DNA of 64,000 bases from an uncultured Candidatus Saccharibacteria bacterium (GCA_964644035.1 CAZXUH010000001.1:67712-131711); one strand, 5' to 3'; shown: positions 39,145 to 50,143, counted from the first letter of the stretch. Notes: a model not told the origin generated them from the letters alone. Translations and numbers: made by a program.

Positions 39145-40344
39145 TTATTTTATCTTTGAGCGTCTGAGGAAGGCTGGAATTGCACCCCAATCATCATCAT
39201 TGTCGTCGATAGGATTGTTTTTCTTATCATCCTGCTGCGGAGCCTGATGTTGCTGTGGAATTTCTTGCTTTTTAGGAGCCGATGGAGCGACTACTGAATT
39301 GAATATTTTATTGCTTTTATCATTGCGAATATCCAATGTCTTGTCTGAGTTTTGATTTTCATTCTGGAAAAGGCTTCGCTTTGGAGTGTTGTCTGGAAAG
39401 CCCGAAGCGATAACCGTGACCTTGATTTCATTCTTCTTGAGTTTATTGTCTCTGACTGTACCGAAGATAACCTTGGCAAGAGGATCGATAGATTCTGTGA
39501 TCGTCTTGGCAGCTTCCTGGATCTCGATCATGGTGAGATCATCACCGCCAGCAATGGAGAAGAGTACGCCCTTGGCACCATGTATCGACATATCGATAAG
39601 AGGAGAGTTGATAGCTGCTTTGGCTGCTTCTTCAGCACGCTTTTCACCAATAGCGGTACCGACGCCCATGAGCGCTGAGCCAGCATTGTCGAGAATAGCT
39701 CTGATATCGGCAAAGTCGACGTTGATATACCCAGGAGTAGTAATGAGATCTGAAATACCTTCTACAGCCTGCTTGAGGACTTCATCGCAGAGTGAGAAAG
39801 CATTTTTTGCTGTCGTCTCTTTGCTGATAGTTGTAAGAATACGATCGTTGGGAACGACAATAAGAGCATCGACTGCTTTGCGGAGTTCTTCGAGACCCAT
39901 GTCGGCATTGCGAGTACGCTGCTGACCTTCAAAGGTAAATGGTCGTGTTACGACTGCAACCGTAAGACTGCCCATTTCTTTTGCAATGCGAGCAACGACA
40001 GGACCAGCACCAGTGAATGTACCGCCACCAAGACCGCCGGCTACGAAGACCATGTCTGCACCTTTGAGTGCTTCCTGAATTTCTTCTTTTGTTTCTTCGG
40101 CTGCGCGCTTGCCGATCTCTGGATTCATACCAGCTCCGAGACCTTTAGTGACGTTTTTACCAACGTGAATTTTCTTTTTAGCAAGAGAATGATGGAGATC
40201 CTGCGCGTCTGTGTTGATGGCAATAAAGTCCACTCCACGAACCTTGTTGTTTATCATGTGGTTGACGGCGTTCTTTCCTGAACCGCCAATACCCAAGACC
40301 TTAATCCGGGCAAAAGCTTCAACTTCTGGTTTTACTTGTGGCAT
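39145..40344 (-). CDS. ftsZ: Cell division protein FtsZ
   Basis: GLGAG, GGGTFTG, NVDFAD, C-terminal IPAFLRR. Confidence 0.98.
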   Translation of the reverse strand: MPQVKPEVEAFARIKVLGIGGSGKNAVNHMINNKVRGVDFIAINTDAQDLHHSLAKKKIHVGKNVTKGLGAGMNPEIGKRAAEETKEEIQEALKGADMVFVAGGLGGGTFTGAGPVVARIAKEMGSLTVAVVTRPFTFEGQQRTRNADMGLEELRKAVDALIVVPNDRILTTISKETTAKNAFSLCDEVLKQAVEGISDLITTPGYINVDFADIRAILDNAGSALMGVGTAIGEKRAEEAAKAAINSPLIDMSIHGAKGVLFSIAGGDDLTMIEIQEAAKTITESIDPLAKVIFGTVRDNKLKKNEIKVTVIASGFPDNTPKRSLFQNENQNSDKTLDIRNDKSNKIFNSVVAPSAPKKQEIPQQHQAPQQDDKKNNPIDDNDDDWGAIPAFLRRSKIK

Positions 40345-40428
40345 AGTATGTGAACGGTTATTCATGTAAACTGGTATTCTACTAAAATCGATACCAGTAT
40401 ACTAGCACATAACTATTTCGGTTGCACT

Positions 40429-41607
40429 TTAAGGCAAAAACTGACGAATCCACTCGAAAAATTTGTTTTTTGTATTGCTTACGAAGCGTTTTCCATAGGA
40501 GCCTTCGGACGAAGATGAGACACCTCCAAGGAGGCAAAGACCGTAGGCTACAGCCCAAAATGAGTCTTTTATAGGGTTCTTTTCATTACCTTCGAAGAGC
40601 GAGCGGGCAGTGCGTGATGGGATCTTGAGTGCAGCCTTGGCAATGTCTTCGATTGTGGTAATACCTGATCCACCACCGGTAATAATAATGCCCGCTGGTA
40701 GGAGACCGTTGCGATTTATTTTCTTAAGATGTGTTTCTATGAGTTCAAAAATATCAGTTAGGCGAGCAGAGATGATTTCGTCGAGTTTCTTTTTTGAAAA
40801 TGGTGCTTCGCTTCTGCCTTTTTTAAGATCTTCGGCTTGTTCGAGTGGAATCTTGAGACCAAGAGCAATGTCGTGGGTGATGTCGATGCCGCCAATAGGG
40901 AAGACTTCGAGTGAGATAGGAATATTGTTTTCAAAGACAGCAATTGATACAGTCTCTGCGCCGACATTGGCGAGCACGCAACCTGCAATCTTTTGCGCTT
41001 TGGTCAAAATGACAAGACTTGCAGCAAGCGGCGAAGCCATGACGTCTTCGACTTCGATACCAGCAGTGTTGATCGCTTCAACCAGATCACTGAGATGCTG
41101 TTCTATACAAGTAACAAAAAGAGTACGAGCTTCGAGCTTCATACCCTTCATACCTTGAGGTCTACCCAAGACTACCTTGCCGTCTATTTTATATGCCACA
41201 GGCACGGCATGGAGAATCTTTCTATTGAGCATGAAAGACGAGGGGAGCTCGGCTTCACAGGTATCGAGAACTTTTTCAAGTTCACTGTCAGTCACTTCGC
41301 CATCGGCACGTGAAACGATCACAGAACCTTGAGTTGTAGCGCTGCCAAGTCCAATACCGCCCACTGATAAGTAGGCTTTTTTAATCTGAATACCGGCCGT
41401 CTTTTCAGCCTGACGCACTGCCTCAGCCACGCTGCGTGATATTTCGTGCTGGTTGACGATGTAGCCGTGTCGCAATCCGCGAGACTCGCTAAAACCAGTA
41501 CCAATCACTTTTGGCAAGGGGCGTTCTCTTCCGTCAAGGTACTCCGCCGCTACCACTTTTACATGATGCGTGCCGATATCAATACCGACTGCAATAGTTC
41601 GTGACAT
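40429..41607 (-). CDS. ftsA: Cell division protein FtsA
   Basis: GIDIGT, PIGG.DIT.DI, ITGGGS; upstream of ftsZ. Confidence 0.95.
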   Translation of the reverse strand: MSRTIAVGIDIGTHHVKVVAAEYLDGRERPLPKVIGTGFSESRGLRHGYIVNQHEISRSVAEAVRQAEKTAGIQIKKAYLSVGGIGLGSATTQGSVIVSRADGEVTDSELEKVLDTCEAELPSSFMLNRKILHAVPVAYKIDGKVVLGRPQGMKGMKLEARTLFVTCIEQHLSDLVEAINTAGIEVEDVMASPLAASLVILTKAQKIAGCVLANVGAETVSIAVFENNIPISLEVFPIGGIDITHDIALGLKIPLEQAEDLKKGRSEAPFSKKKLDEIISARLTDIFELIETHLKKINRNGLLPAGIIITGGGSGITTIEDIAKAALKIPSRTARSLFEGNEKNPIKDSFWAVAYGLCLLGGVSSSSEGSYGKRFVSNTKNKFFEWIRQFLP

Positions 41608-41643
41608 TCACTAAGTGAAGCGCAGTGAATTTATAGATGATTA

Positions 41644-42024
41644 TTAAATACCGAACATTTTCCTGTACCGCGCCTCTTCACGTTCCATTGTACTACCATG
41701 GTCGTATCCTTTCAAATGAAGCAAACCGTGGATAACTAGGAAACCAACGAAGTTTGTATAAGTTCTGTTGAATTCTGCGCACTGTTTTTTGCATAGTTCT
41801 AGGTCAATAAAAATCTCACCATTGTCGCTCGAGAGGGGGAAGCTTAGGATATTTGTTGGCTTGTTTTTTTCGCGATGAATACGATTGAGTCTTTTGGATT
41901 CTGAGTTGGTGACAAAAACTAGGCTCAGCTCATACTTACTTCCAAGGATCTTCTTGGCAATCAAGGCAAAAGGCACGCGTGGAAGCGTGCCTTTAGTTTT
42001 GTTTTGTACGTCGATGACGAACAT
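41644..42024 (-). CDS. ybeY: rRNA maturation RNase YbeY
   Basis: PTNILSF, HGLLHLKGYDH. Confidence 0.95.
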   Translation of the reverse strand: MFVIDVQNKTKGTLPRVPFALIAKKILGSKYELSLVFVTNSESKRLNRIHREKNKPTNILSFPLSSDNGEIFIDLELCKKQCAEFNRTYTNFVGFLVIHGLLHLKGYDHGSTMEREEARYRKMFGI

Positions 42025-42266
42025 TACTGCTTTCCGCCGATTCGGGGAGTGATTTTGCCCATCTTGATGAGCTCCGCCGTATTCTGGCGCTTTACGAGGT
42101 TTTTAAGGGCCTTTTTCTTCTTAACGTACTTAGAAGGGCTTCGTTCTGCGTATCTGAGAGATCGGACACGGCTGAGTACTCCTGCACCCTGGACTTTGCG
42201 GGTAAAACGCTTAAGAACGCTTGTAGCGCTTTCATTTGCTCCCTTCTCAACTTCTACGTTTATCAT
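42024..42266 (-). CDS. rpsU: 30S ribosomal protein bS21-like
   Basis: ES..SVLKRFTRKVQ.AG, basic helix. Confidence 0.75.
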   Translation of the reverse strand: MINVEVEKGANESATSVLKRFTRKVQGAGVLSRVRSLRYAERSPSKYVKKKKALKNLVKRQNTAELIKMGKITPRIGGKQ

Positions 42267-42307
42267 ATGTGGGGATCAGATTAGCACGAATATTTTTTTT
42301 CGTCTAC

Positions 42308-42407
42308 CCTCCTCCCTCAGTCCCTCCTCTAAAGAGGAGGGAGGTCAGTGAAGTACGATGTCTTTAATATTTCCCCTCCTCGTTCGAGGAGGGGTTAGGG
42401 GAGGAGG
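42308..42407. repeat. Inverted pair of REP-like CCCTCCTC...GAGGAGGG units
   Basis: Units 42308-42344 and 42372-42407 in opposite orientation; degenerate copy near 20615-20644. Confidence 0.7.
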
Positions 42408-42411
42408 TCTT

Positions 42412-43596
42412 TTACTTGAGCTTTTTAAGATGATCTACAAGCACATCGAGCTTTATAGAGTTCTGAGAGCGGTTGAGGTTGTTGCGAACGATAATACTGT
42501 GTTCCATGCATTCTTTCTGACCCATAAGTAGGGTATATGGAGCACCCGATGCTTCTGCAAGAGCAAACTGAGCACTGAGTTTGTCTCTAATCACCGCATG
42601 AGTGACAGGTATACCAGCTTCACGAAGCATTTCGATCACCGACATGCTTTTGAAACGAGCTTCAGTACCAACGTGTATAAAGAAGAATCGAGACTTCTCG
42701 ATCTTGTGCTTTTTCTTGGAAGTAAGGTCAGATTCATTGACCAAGATCGTAGCGCCGACAGCACCGAGGTCGCGTTTCATGCCAAGATGCTTTGAAAGAC
42801 CATTGTAGCGAGCGCCAAATCCATAAATAGGTGGTTGTTTCTTCTCAGCGTCACCTTGGAAGGTGAATACAGTCTGAGTAATATAATTTTTAGTAGGCAA
42901 AAGGCTATCAGCAAGATTGTATTCGACGCCAGCGCCGTCGAGGTATTCAAGAACTTCTTTGAAATGAGTTCGGCTCTGTTCGCTGAGGAAGGTCATACTG
43001 CGTGGCGCATCTTCGGCCAAGGCTTTGCATTTCTCATGATTGCAGGCGAGAAGAGAGAAAATATCTTTCTTGAGAAGCTGTCGGCAGGCCGGAGGCAAGA
43101 CATCGATATTTTTTCGATAATACTCGGTAACAGCACGAATGAAACGTTGTGAAGAATCTCTATCACCGACGCAGTTTATCGATACATTGGCATCTTTTAT
43201 TCCTACTTCTTTGAGGATAGCCATAGAAGTGGCAATAATGATGCCTTCGGCCACGCCTTTGCTATTACCGATAATATCTAGGTGACACAAAAGTTCTTTT
43301 TTGGTCGCCTTTTCCGTATACGTCATATATGGCAAGCCACCTTGAGCACCGTTTTCAAGGGCTTGGCGCAGGAGCGCTGTTTTTTCTTTGGTATCAATAT
43401 CGACATGCTTGAGAGCAGGGTCGGCATCGTGACTGTTTTTATTGTCTACGCTTGCAGCGAGCTTTCTGTCTTGTTCTTGGACAGTAATATGTGGATGAGG
43501 AGTAAAACCATAATGGACTGCAACTTTTACTGGATCTCGAAAACCGTCATGAGATGTCAAAGATTTTGCAGCCTTTGATTTTTTATTTTTTTTCAT
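42412..43596 (-). CDS. Degenerate HisRS paralogue with anticodon-binding domain
   Basis: INCVGD, HFKEVLEYL, YITQTVF, GARYNGL, C-terminal HGTP-type domain; motif 2 missing. Confidence 0.75.
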   Translation of the reverse strand: MKKNKKSKAAKSLTSHDGFRDPVKVAVHYGFTPHPHITVQEQDRKLAASVDNKNSHDADPALKHVDIDTKEKTALLRQALENGAQGGLPYMTYTEKATKKELLCHLDIIGNSKGVAEGIIIATSMAILKEVGIKDANVSINCVGDRDSSQRFIRAVTEYYRKNIDVLPPACRQLLKKDIFSLLACNHEKCKALAEDAPRSMTFLSEQSRTHFKEVLEYLDGAGVEYNLADSLLPTKNYITQTVFTFQGDAEKKQPPIYGFGARYNGLSKHLGMKRDLGAVGATILVNESDLTSKKKHKIEKSRFFFIHVGTEARFKSMSVIEMLREAGIPVTHAVIRDKLSAQFALAEASGAPYTLLMGQKECMEHSIIVRNNLNRSQNSIKLDVLVDHLKKLK

Positions 43597-43611
43597 ACTG
43601 ATGTCGGATGA

Positions 43612-44211
43612 TTACTGCTCGAAAGAATACGAACCTGGATTGTATCCGATTTTGTCGGCAGGGAAAAGACTTATGAAAGGAGTACCAACGATATTTTCTT
43701 CGGGAAGTGGTCCCCAAATGCGAGAGTCAGAACTGACAGGACGATTGTCACCAAGTACAAAATACTGGTGCTCTTTAAGAGTGAGTGCATCCATATTTTG
43801 TGTGTCACTGTTGCTGATATATGGTTCATCGAGGACGATAGTTTTTCCTGCAACAGTTTTGATGGTTACGACGCCACTGTTTATAGAAATAGTTTCTCCA
43901 GGCAGGCCGATAACTCTCTTTATATAGTAGGTTTTGATATTTACTGGTGGTTTGAAGACGATGACCTCACCGCGGGTAGGAGCAAAGAAGCGAGTGCCAA
44001 TTTCATTGATAATAATGTACTGGCCATTTGAGAAATTGGGGTCCATAGAATGGCCGCTGACGACAAAAGGCTCGGCTATGAACCATCGTATAGGGATGAC
44101 GATAAGGAGGGCTACAATGGCGTATTTGAGGGTATCAAACCACGTGTCTTTCTTCTTGGCAGGCTTAACCGCAGTCACTACCTCTGGATTAGCTTGTTCT
44201 TGAGTATCCAT
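43612..44211 (-). CDS. lepB: Signal peptidase I
   Basis: SMDPNF, YIKRVIGLPGE, GDNR..S.DSR. Confidence 0.96.
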   Translation of the reverse strand: MDTQEQANPEVVTAVKPAKKKDTWFDTLKYAIVALLIVIPIRWFIAEPFVVSGHSMDPNFSNGQYIIINEIGTRFFAPTRGEVIVFKPPVNIKTYYIKRVIGLPGETISINSGVVTIKTVAGKTIVLDEPYISNSDTQNMDALTLKEHQYFVLGDNRPVSSDSRIWGPLPEENIVGTPFISLFPADKIGYNPGSYSFEQ

Positions 44212-44277
44212 GTTGTGTTGGCGTACTTTACCACAAAATGACTATCTATACAATTGATCTTGGATTACAATGTTTTC

Positions 44278-44871
44278 ATGTCATACATTATCGTTGCTTT
44301 GGGCAATCCAGGAGAAGAATACGAGCTTACTCGCCACAATACAGGTCGTATTGTTCTCGAAGAGGCACTGAAGGCAGAAAAACCAGAATGGAAGCTAGAT
44401 AAAAAGTACGCATCAAAAACCACCAAAGTATATCTGGGCAAAGAAAGTCTATTGTGTTTGGAACCTGAGACATTTATGAATAAATCAGGCAGTGCACTCA
44501 AGTCTGTAGAATGGAATCCTAAAAAGGCCGAAAAACTGATTGTCATTCATGATGATCTCGATATTGGTCTTGGTTCTTTTAAAATTTCTTTCAACAGAAG
44601 CGCTGGAGGACACAATGGCGTCCTTTCTATAGCCAAAGCCATTAAAACAGAAGCTTTTGTACGCATTCGCATTGGTATTTCGCCGACAACACCTGCCGGC
44701 AAGATACGCAAACCGGCTGGTCCTGAAAAAGTAGAAAGACATATCTTGGGAAAATTCAAACCAGAAGAAATCAAGACGCTTAAAACAGTTTCAAAGAAAG
44801 TGCATGAAGCGTTGCAGCTTATATTGCAAGGAGAGCGCTCGAGAGCGATGAGTGAATTCAATGGAAAATAA
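44278..44871 (+). CDS. pth: Peptidyl-tRNA hydrolase
   Basis: LGNPG..Y..TRHN, FMNKSG, HDDLD, GGHNG. Confidence 0.96.
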   Translation: MSYIIVALGNPGEEYELTRHNTGRIVLEEALKAEKPEWKLDKKYASKTTKVYLGKESLLCLEPETFMNKSGSALKSVEWNPKKAEKLIVIHDDLDIGLGSFKISFNRSAGGHNGVLSIAKAIKTEAFVRIRIGISPTTPAGKIRKPAGPEKVERHILGKFKPEEIKTLKTVSKKVHEALQLILQGERSRAMSEFNGK

Positions 44872-44893
44872 AAAGGACAATAAATAGATACAT

Positions 44894-44916
44894 AAAAACC
44901 CTCGAAAGAGGGTTTT
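44894..44916. terminator. Bidirectional intrinsic terminator
   Basis: AAAAACCCTC-GAAA-GAGGGTTTTT. Confidence 0.85.
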
Positions 44917-44941
44917 TGTTTTGTGTCAGTGTTGTGAGAAA

Positions 44942-46042
44942 TTACTTCTTCTGAGCAGTTCCAAATGCAAGAGTCATTTTCTGATTCTTAGCATCAAATG
45001 AACTGATTTTGAATGCATAACTTTTGCCGAGTTCGAGCTTGCTCTTGAGAGCCGCTTCAGTGCCGAATTCTGACACGTGGACCAAACCAGCTACACCTTC
45101 CTCGATTGAGGCAAGGGCACCGTATTTGTTGTATTTGATGACCACACCTTCGACAACTGAGTCTTTTTTGTATTTTTTAGCAGCTTCTGTCCAAGGATTT
45201 GGCTTGAGAGCCTTGATCGAAAGGGAAACCTTGCCTTCTTTTACCTCGATTACCTTGACCTTGACCTTTTCACCAACCTTGAAGAGCTGTTTAGGATCTT
45301 CGACGAGTGACCAGTCGAGTTCTGAAATGTGTACGAGACCTTCGAGACCTTCTTCAACTTTGACGAAGATACCGAAATCTACGATACCAGTGACATCACC
45401 ATGAAGTTCATCGCCAACTTTGTATTTGCCGACGATCTTTTCTTTTTCTTTTTCCTGCTGAATCTTTTCAGAGAAAATAAGTTTGCCTTCGTTTGGAATA
45501 GCCGTGATGATCGTGACATCGAGCTTTACGCCGACGAGTTTCTTGAGTTCTTCGAGAATTCTATCCTTGTCACCATCGGTAACGCGAGGATAGTGCTCGG
45601 CCTTGAGCTGAGATGCAGGCAAAAAGCCCTGTATACCTTGCCATGTAATGATAAGACCGCCTTTGTTTGCTTCCTGGACCAAGACTTCGATGACTTTCTT
45701 TTCCTTGACTGCATCGAGTGCTTCGCCCCATACAAGAGCCTGCTTTGCTTCCTTGAGCGAGAGCTCTATATATCCTTCTTTGTGAGATTGATCGACGACC
45801 TTGGCACTGATCTTGTCGCCGATTGAAAGTTTTTTAATGATATCGCGTGCTGCGATGAATTCTTTTCCGTAAATGATACCGGTACCGTAAGGAAAAAGAT
45901 CTACATACACCGATGATTTCTCAATACCGAGCACTGGACCCTCAACAACGTCTCCGCTCTTGGGTGGGTTGGCAGTCTCGCTAAAGAGTTTTGACATGAT
46001 CGTCTTGTGGACGATCGGCTGTGTCGTTTCTTCTGGAGTCAT
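44942..46042 (-). CDS. rpsA: 30S ribosomal protein bS1 (4 S1 domains)
   Basis: GFLPASQ, FGIFV..EGLVHISEL, SLSIK. Confidence 0.93.
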   Translation of the reverse strand: MTPEETTQPIVHKTIMSKLFSETANPPKSGDVVEGPVLGIEKSSVYVDLFPYGTGIIYGKEFIAARDIIKKLSIGDKISAKVVDQSHKEGYIELSLKEAKQALVWGEALDAVKEKKVIEVLVQEANKGGLIITWQGIQGFLPASQLKAEHYPRVTDGDKDRILEELKKLVGVKLDVTIITAIPNEGKLIFSEKIQQEKEKEKIVGKYKVGDELHGDVTGIVDFGIFVKVEEGLEGLVHISELDWSLVEDPKQLFKVGEKVKVKVIEVKEGKVSLSIKALKPNPWTEAAKKYKKDSVVEGVVIKYNKYGALASIEEGVAGLVHVSEFGTEAALKSKLELGKSYAFKISSFDAKNQKMTLAFGTAQKK

Positions 46043-46212
46043 ACTATTACTTATAATTATGGTTAATAAATACAGCCTTGTGTCCTCAAAAGGGACGATT
46101 TACCCTAGTCACTCTATGTGTATAGAGCGGTTTTGGAGTAAACAGACAGTGAGGAACATTATACATAAAAAAGTCCTTTTGTAAAACTTTATTTTGATAT
46201 ATACTGCTACGC

Positions 46213-46845
46213 ATGATTCTCACATACCTAGGCGCATCCTTCTTCAAAATCCAGTTTGGAGACACGGTGATTGCGGTCAATCCAGTTTCAAAAGATTCTA
46301 AAAATTTTTCTCCAGCCAAGTTTGGCGCCGATCTCTGTCTTATAAGTATCAATGATCGCGATTTCAATGGCCGAGAACAGGTCGTATTTGGCGGCAAAGA
46401 ACCTTTTGTCATTTCGGGTCCTGGAGAATACGAACGCTCGGGTATTTTCATACGAGGCATAGAAACGAAGTCAAAATATGGCGGAGAAGATAGGATCAAT
46501 ACTATATATAGCTTTGGTGTCGATTCGATAAACGTCTGTTTTCTAGGTGCACTTGCAACCAAAGACATACCAAATGAAGGTTTGGAACAGATCGACGAAA
46601 TAGATATTCTTTTTGTACCAGTTGGCGACAATGGCATGCTTTCTGCAAAGGACGCCTATTCTTTGGCTGTTTCTCTCGAACCAAAAGTGATTATTCCTGT
46701 TTCATTTGGTGATAAAAAGGCACTCGATGCGTTTTTGAAAGAAGCAGCTGCAAAGGATGTCGAGCCTGTGGACAAATTGACGATTAAGAAAAAGGATCTC
46801 GAAGGCAAAGAAGGTGATATTATGGTGATAACACCGACAAAATAA
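46213..46845 (+). CDS. MBL-fold protein with degenerate metal ligands
   Basis: GPGEYE, IDILFVPVG, LEPKVIIP; the usual HxDH ligands are replaced. Confidence 0.8.
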   Translation: MILTYLGASFFKIQFGDTVIAVNPVSKDSKNFSPAKFGADLCLISINDRDFNGREQVVFGGKEPFVISGPGEYERSGIFIRGIETKSKYGGEDRINTIYSFGVDSINVCFLGALATKDIPNEGLEQIDEIDILFVPVGDNGMLSAKDAYSLAVSLEPKVIIPVSFGDKKALDAFLKEAAAKDVEPVDKLTIKKKDLEGKEGDIMVITPTK

Positions 46846-46854
46846 ATAATATTT

Positions 46855-47091
46855 ATGAATAATACTATTGAATCTCTACGTCGACGACCTGATCATCACA
46901 AAAAGGCAGTAGCGTTTATGGTTTCATTTGCTATTACCGCAGTTATCTTTTCTTTCTGGCTTTCATCGAGACCTTTTTTCAATTCTGATACGACGGTCAT
47001 TGCAGCGGCAGCAGAAGAAAAAGGACCATTGGCAATTTTTGCCGACAATCTTGCTTCGGGGTATAAAGGTTTTAAGGAATTGTTTAAGTAA
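46855..47091 (+). CDS. Hypothetical single-TM protein
   Basis: 78 aa, tightly packed before gyrA. Confidence 0.65.
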   Translation: MNNTIESLRRRPDHHKKAVAFMVSFAITAVIFSFWLSSRPFFNSDTTVIAAAAEEKGPLAIFADNLASGYKGFKELFK

Positions 47092-47099
47092 AGAATTTT

Positions 47100-49586
47100 A
47101 TGGCTAAAAGAGACGATCAAAAAAGCGACAAAGACCTCGCTGTTCCAGAAAGAGAGGGTTCGGGTATTTTGGCGCGCAGTATTACGCAGGAAATGCGCGA
47201 ATCATTCCTCGACTATGCTATGTCGGTTATTACCGATCGTGCTTTGCCTGATATTCGTGATGGTTTGAAGCCTGTGCATCGCCGTATTCTTTATTCTATG
47301 CATGAAAAAGGCCTCACTTCGAGCGCTAAGTTTCGCAAATCAGCTACGGTAGTCGGAGATGTGCTTGGTAACTACCATCCGCACGGCGACGTCGCTGTCT
47401 ATGACTCTTTGGTCAAAATGGCTCAGCCATTTTCTTTTAGATATCCATTGATACTCGGTCAAGGTAACTTCGGTTCGGTTGACGGTGATCCACCAGCTGC
47501 GTATCGATATACCGAAGCAAAAATGAGCAGACTTTCTTCGGAAATTCTTCGAGATATTGAAAAAGAAACGGTTGATTGGAGACCCAACTTCGACGCTACA
47601 AAAAGAGAACCAACGCTTTTGCCTACAGCGGTGCCCAATCTTTTGCTCAACGGTACACTTGGTATTGCTGTCGGTATGGCGACCAACATTCCTCCGCACA
47701 ATATCAATGAAGTTGTCGATGCAACGATTCATCTTATCGAAGATGAAGAAGCGACAACAGAAGATCTTCTTACACATATAAAAGGCCCCGATTTCCCAAC
47801 AGGTGGTATTGCTTTTGGCGAAAAAGATATTCAACACGCATATACAACAGGCAAGGGAGGTATTGTCACTAGAGGTGAGGCAGAAATAATCGAAACCAAA
47901 AACGGCGCTTATCAGATTGTCATTACTTCGATTCCATATCGCGTCAACAAAGCCACACTTCAAGAGAGTATTGCCAATCATGTACGTGAGAAAAAGCTTG
48001 AAGGTATAAAGGAAATGCGCGATGAATCGACAGACGACGTGCGCATTGTGATCGAGCTCAAAAACAATGCCAATCCTCAGGCAGTTTTGAATTATTTGTA
48101 TAAACACACTCAGCTCGAAGAATCTTTCCATTTCAACATGGTTGCTCTTGTCCACGGTGTACCGCAGACACTTTCTCTCAAATCAATACTCAGTGAATTT
48201 ATCCTTCATCGAGAGATCATTGTTCGACGAAGGACAGAATTTGATCTTCAAAAAGCAAAAGATAGGGAACATATTTTGCTTGGTCTCAAGAAAGCACTCG
48301 ACCATATCGATCAAATCATCAAGCTCATTAGAGCTTCCAAAGATGTTGCGTCTGCACATGCAGCATTGATGAAAGAATTTAAGTTCTCAGAAAAGCAGGC
48401 TACAGCTATTTTGGAAATGCGTTTGCAGAAACTTGCTGGTCTCGAACGCAAAAAGATCGAAGATGAACTCAAAGAAGTGCAGCTTCTCATTGAAAAACTT
48501 CAGGACATTCTTTCGAGCAAGAAAAAGATTATGGCTGTCGTCAAAGATGAGCTCAAAGAGATCCGCGAAAAATATGCCGATGAACGCCGAACAAAAATCG
48601 TCAAATCTCAAGCAAAATCGCTTTCCCTCGAAGATCTTGTGCCTGATGAAGAATCGATCTTGGTGCTTACTTCTGGTGGCTATGTAAAACGCACTCGTCC
48701 AGAAGAATATCGCAAGCAAAAGCGAGGTGGGGTAGGAGTTGTCGATCTCGATACCAAAGAAGAGGATTTTGTGACGCATTTTCTCACTGCAACAACACAT
48801 AGCGACCTCCTTTTCTTCACTGATATGGGTAAGGCCTATCAGATAAAAATGTATGAATTGCCCGAAGGTAAGCGTGCAACAAAGGGTAAATCGATCATGA
48901 ACTATCTACAGCTCGAGCAAAATGAAAAGGTCAGCTCAGTGCTCGCAATGCCAAAAGAAATCAAGAAATCATCAAATCTTTCTCTGATGATGATTACCAA
49001 AGACGGTGTGGGTAAAAAAGTAGCTGCAGCTAGCTTCCACGATGTGCGTCGCAGCGGTCTTATTGCTATCAAACTCAATTCGGGTGACAGTCTCATGTCG
49101 ACAGTCTTTGTAGAAAAGGGTGACAGTATTATGGTCGTGACAGCCGATGGTCAATCGATACGTTTCGACGAAGACGATATCAGAGAAATGGGTAGAAATG
49201 CCGCTGGTGTACGCGCTATCCGACTCGATGAAAAGTCTAAAGACGTGGTGATTGCAGCTGTTGCTATTAAAAAAGATCAAAAAGACGCTTCGATTCTAGT
49301 AGTAAGCGGCAATGGTTATGGCAAACGCACTGATATCGACGAATACAAACTCCAAGGTCGCGGTGGATCGGGTATTAAAACAGCTCAGGTCACTGGTAAG
49401 ACAGGCAAGATCATTACTGCCTCGCTCATCATCGATCTTGAAACCGAGCTGGTTGCCATCTCTAAGAAAAGTCAGGTTATCAGAGTAGATACAAAAGAAA
49501 TTCCAAGTCTTGGCCGACAAACGCAAGGTGTACGTATCATGAAACTTCGCGACGGTGACGGTATTGCTTCAGCAGTACATTTGTAG
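47100..49586 (+). CDS. gyrA: DNA gyrase subunit A
   Basis: YHPHGD, AAYRYTE, GyrA-box QKRGGVG, beta-pinwheel CTD. Confidence 0.98.
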   Translation: MAKRDDQKSDKDLAVPEREGSGILARSITQEMRESFLDYAMSVITDRALPDIRDGLKPVHRRILYSMHEKGLTSSAKFRKSATVVGDVLGNYHPHGDVAVYDSLVKMAQPFSFRYPLILGQGNFGSVDGDPPAAYRYTEAKMSRLSSEILRDIEKETVDWRPNFDATKREPTLLPTAVPNLLLNGTLGIAVGMATNIPPHNINEVVDATIHLIEDEEATTEDLLTHIKGPDFPTGGIAFGEKDIQHAYTTGKGGIVTRGEAEIIETKNGAYQIVITSIPYRVNKATLQESIANHVREKKLEGIKEMRDESTDDVRIVIELKNNANPQAVLNYLYKHTQLEESFHFNMVALVHGVPQTLSLKSILSEFILHREIIVRRRTEFDLQKAKDREHILLGLKKALDHIDQIIKLIRASKDVASAHAALMKEFKFSEKQATAILEMRLQKLAGLERKKIEDELKEVQLLIEKLQDILSSKKKIMAVVKDELKEIREKYADERRTKIVKSQAKSLSLEDLVPDEESILVLTSGGYVKRTRPEEYRKQKRGGVGVVDLDTKEEDFVTHFLTATTHSDLLFFTDMGKAYQIKMYELPEGKRATKGKSIMNYLQLEQNEKVSSVLAMPKEIKKSSNLSLMMITKDGVGKKVAAASFHDVRRSGLIAIKLNSGDSLMSTVFVEKGDSIMVVTADGQSIRFDEDDIREMGRNAAGVRAIRLDEKSKDVVIAAVAIKKDQKDASILVVSGNGYGKRTDIDEYKLQGRGGSGIKTAQVTGKTGKIITASLIIDLETELVAISKKSQVIRVDTKEIPSLGRQTQGVRIMKLRDGDGIASAVHL

Positions 49587-49615
49587 GAGCTTCTTCACAT
49601 GTTATAATTTTTAAC

Positions 49616-50143
49616 ATGTTTTCCGATCCTCAACTTATTCTCAGTCAAGTAAGTATTCCTCAAAATGCAGTCGTGTGTGATCTCGGTGCTGGATCCGGTT
49701 TTTATTCGCTCGCACTTTCTTCGATCGTCGGAGACAGGGGCAAGGTCTATGCAGTAGATATTCAAAAAGAAGTCCTCAATCGTCTTGCTAATCAAGCAAG
49801 AGCTGCCGGACGAACCAATGTCGAGGTAGTCTGGGGTGATGCGGAGAAACTTGGTGGTACTAAGATTAAAAACGGTCTTATTGATATGGTAATCGTTTCA
49901 AATATCCTTTTTCTTGTTGAGCAAAAGGATATTTTTGTAAATGAAATCAGTAGAATTCTTAAGCCCCGCGGCAGCGTGGTATTTGTAGACTGGAGCGGAT
50001 CATTTGGCGATATGGGACCTCGTCCTGAAAAGGTGGTGACAGAAGATCAAGCCAAAAAACTGTTTGAATCAAAAGGGTTTACTGTTGAAAAGAGTATCAA
50101 TACCGGAGCACATCACTATGGTATGATATTTAGAAAGGCCTAA
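49616..50143 (+). CDS. Class I SAM-dependent methyltransferase
   Basis: DLGAGSG, YAVD, RILKPRG. Confidence 0.9.
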   Translation: MFSDPQLILSQVSIPQNAVVCDLGAGSGFYSLALSSIVGDRGKVYAVDIQKEVLNRLANQARAAGRTNVEVVWGDAEKLGGTKIKNGLIDMVIVSNILFLVEQKDIFVNEISRILKPRGSVVFVDWSGSFGDMGPRPEKVVTEDQAKKLFESKGFTVEKSINTGAHHYGMIFRKA

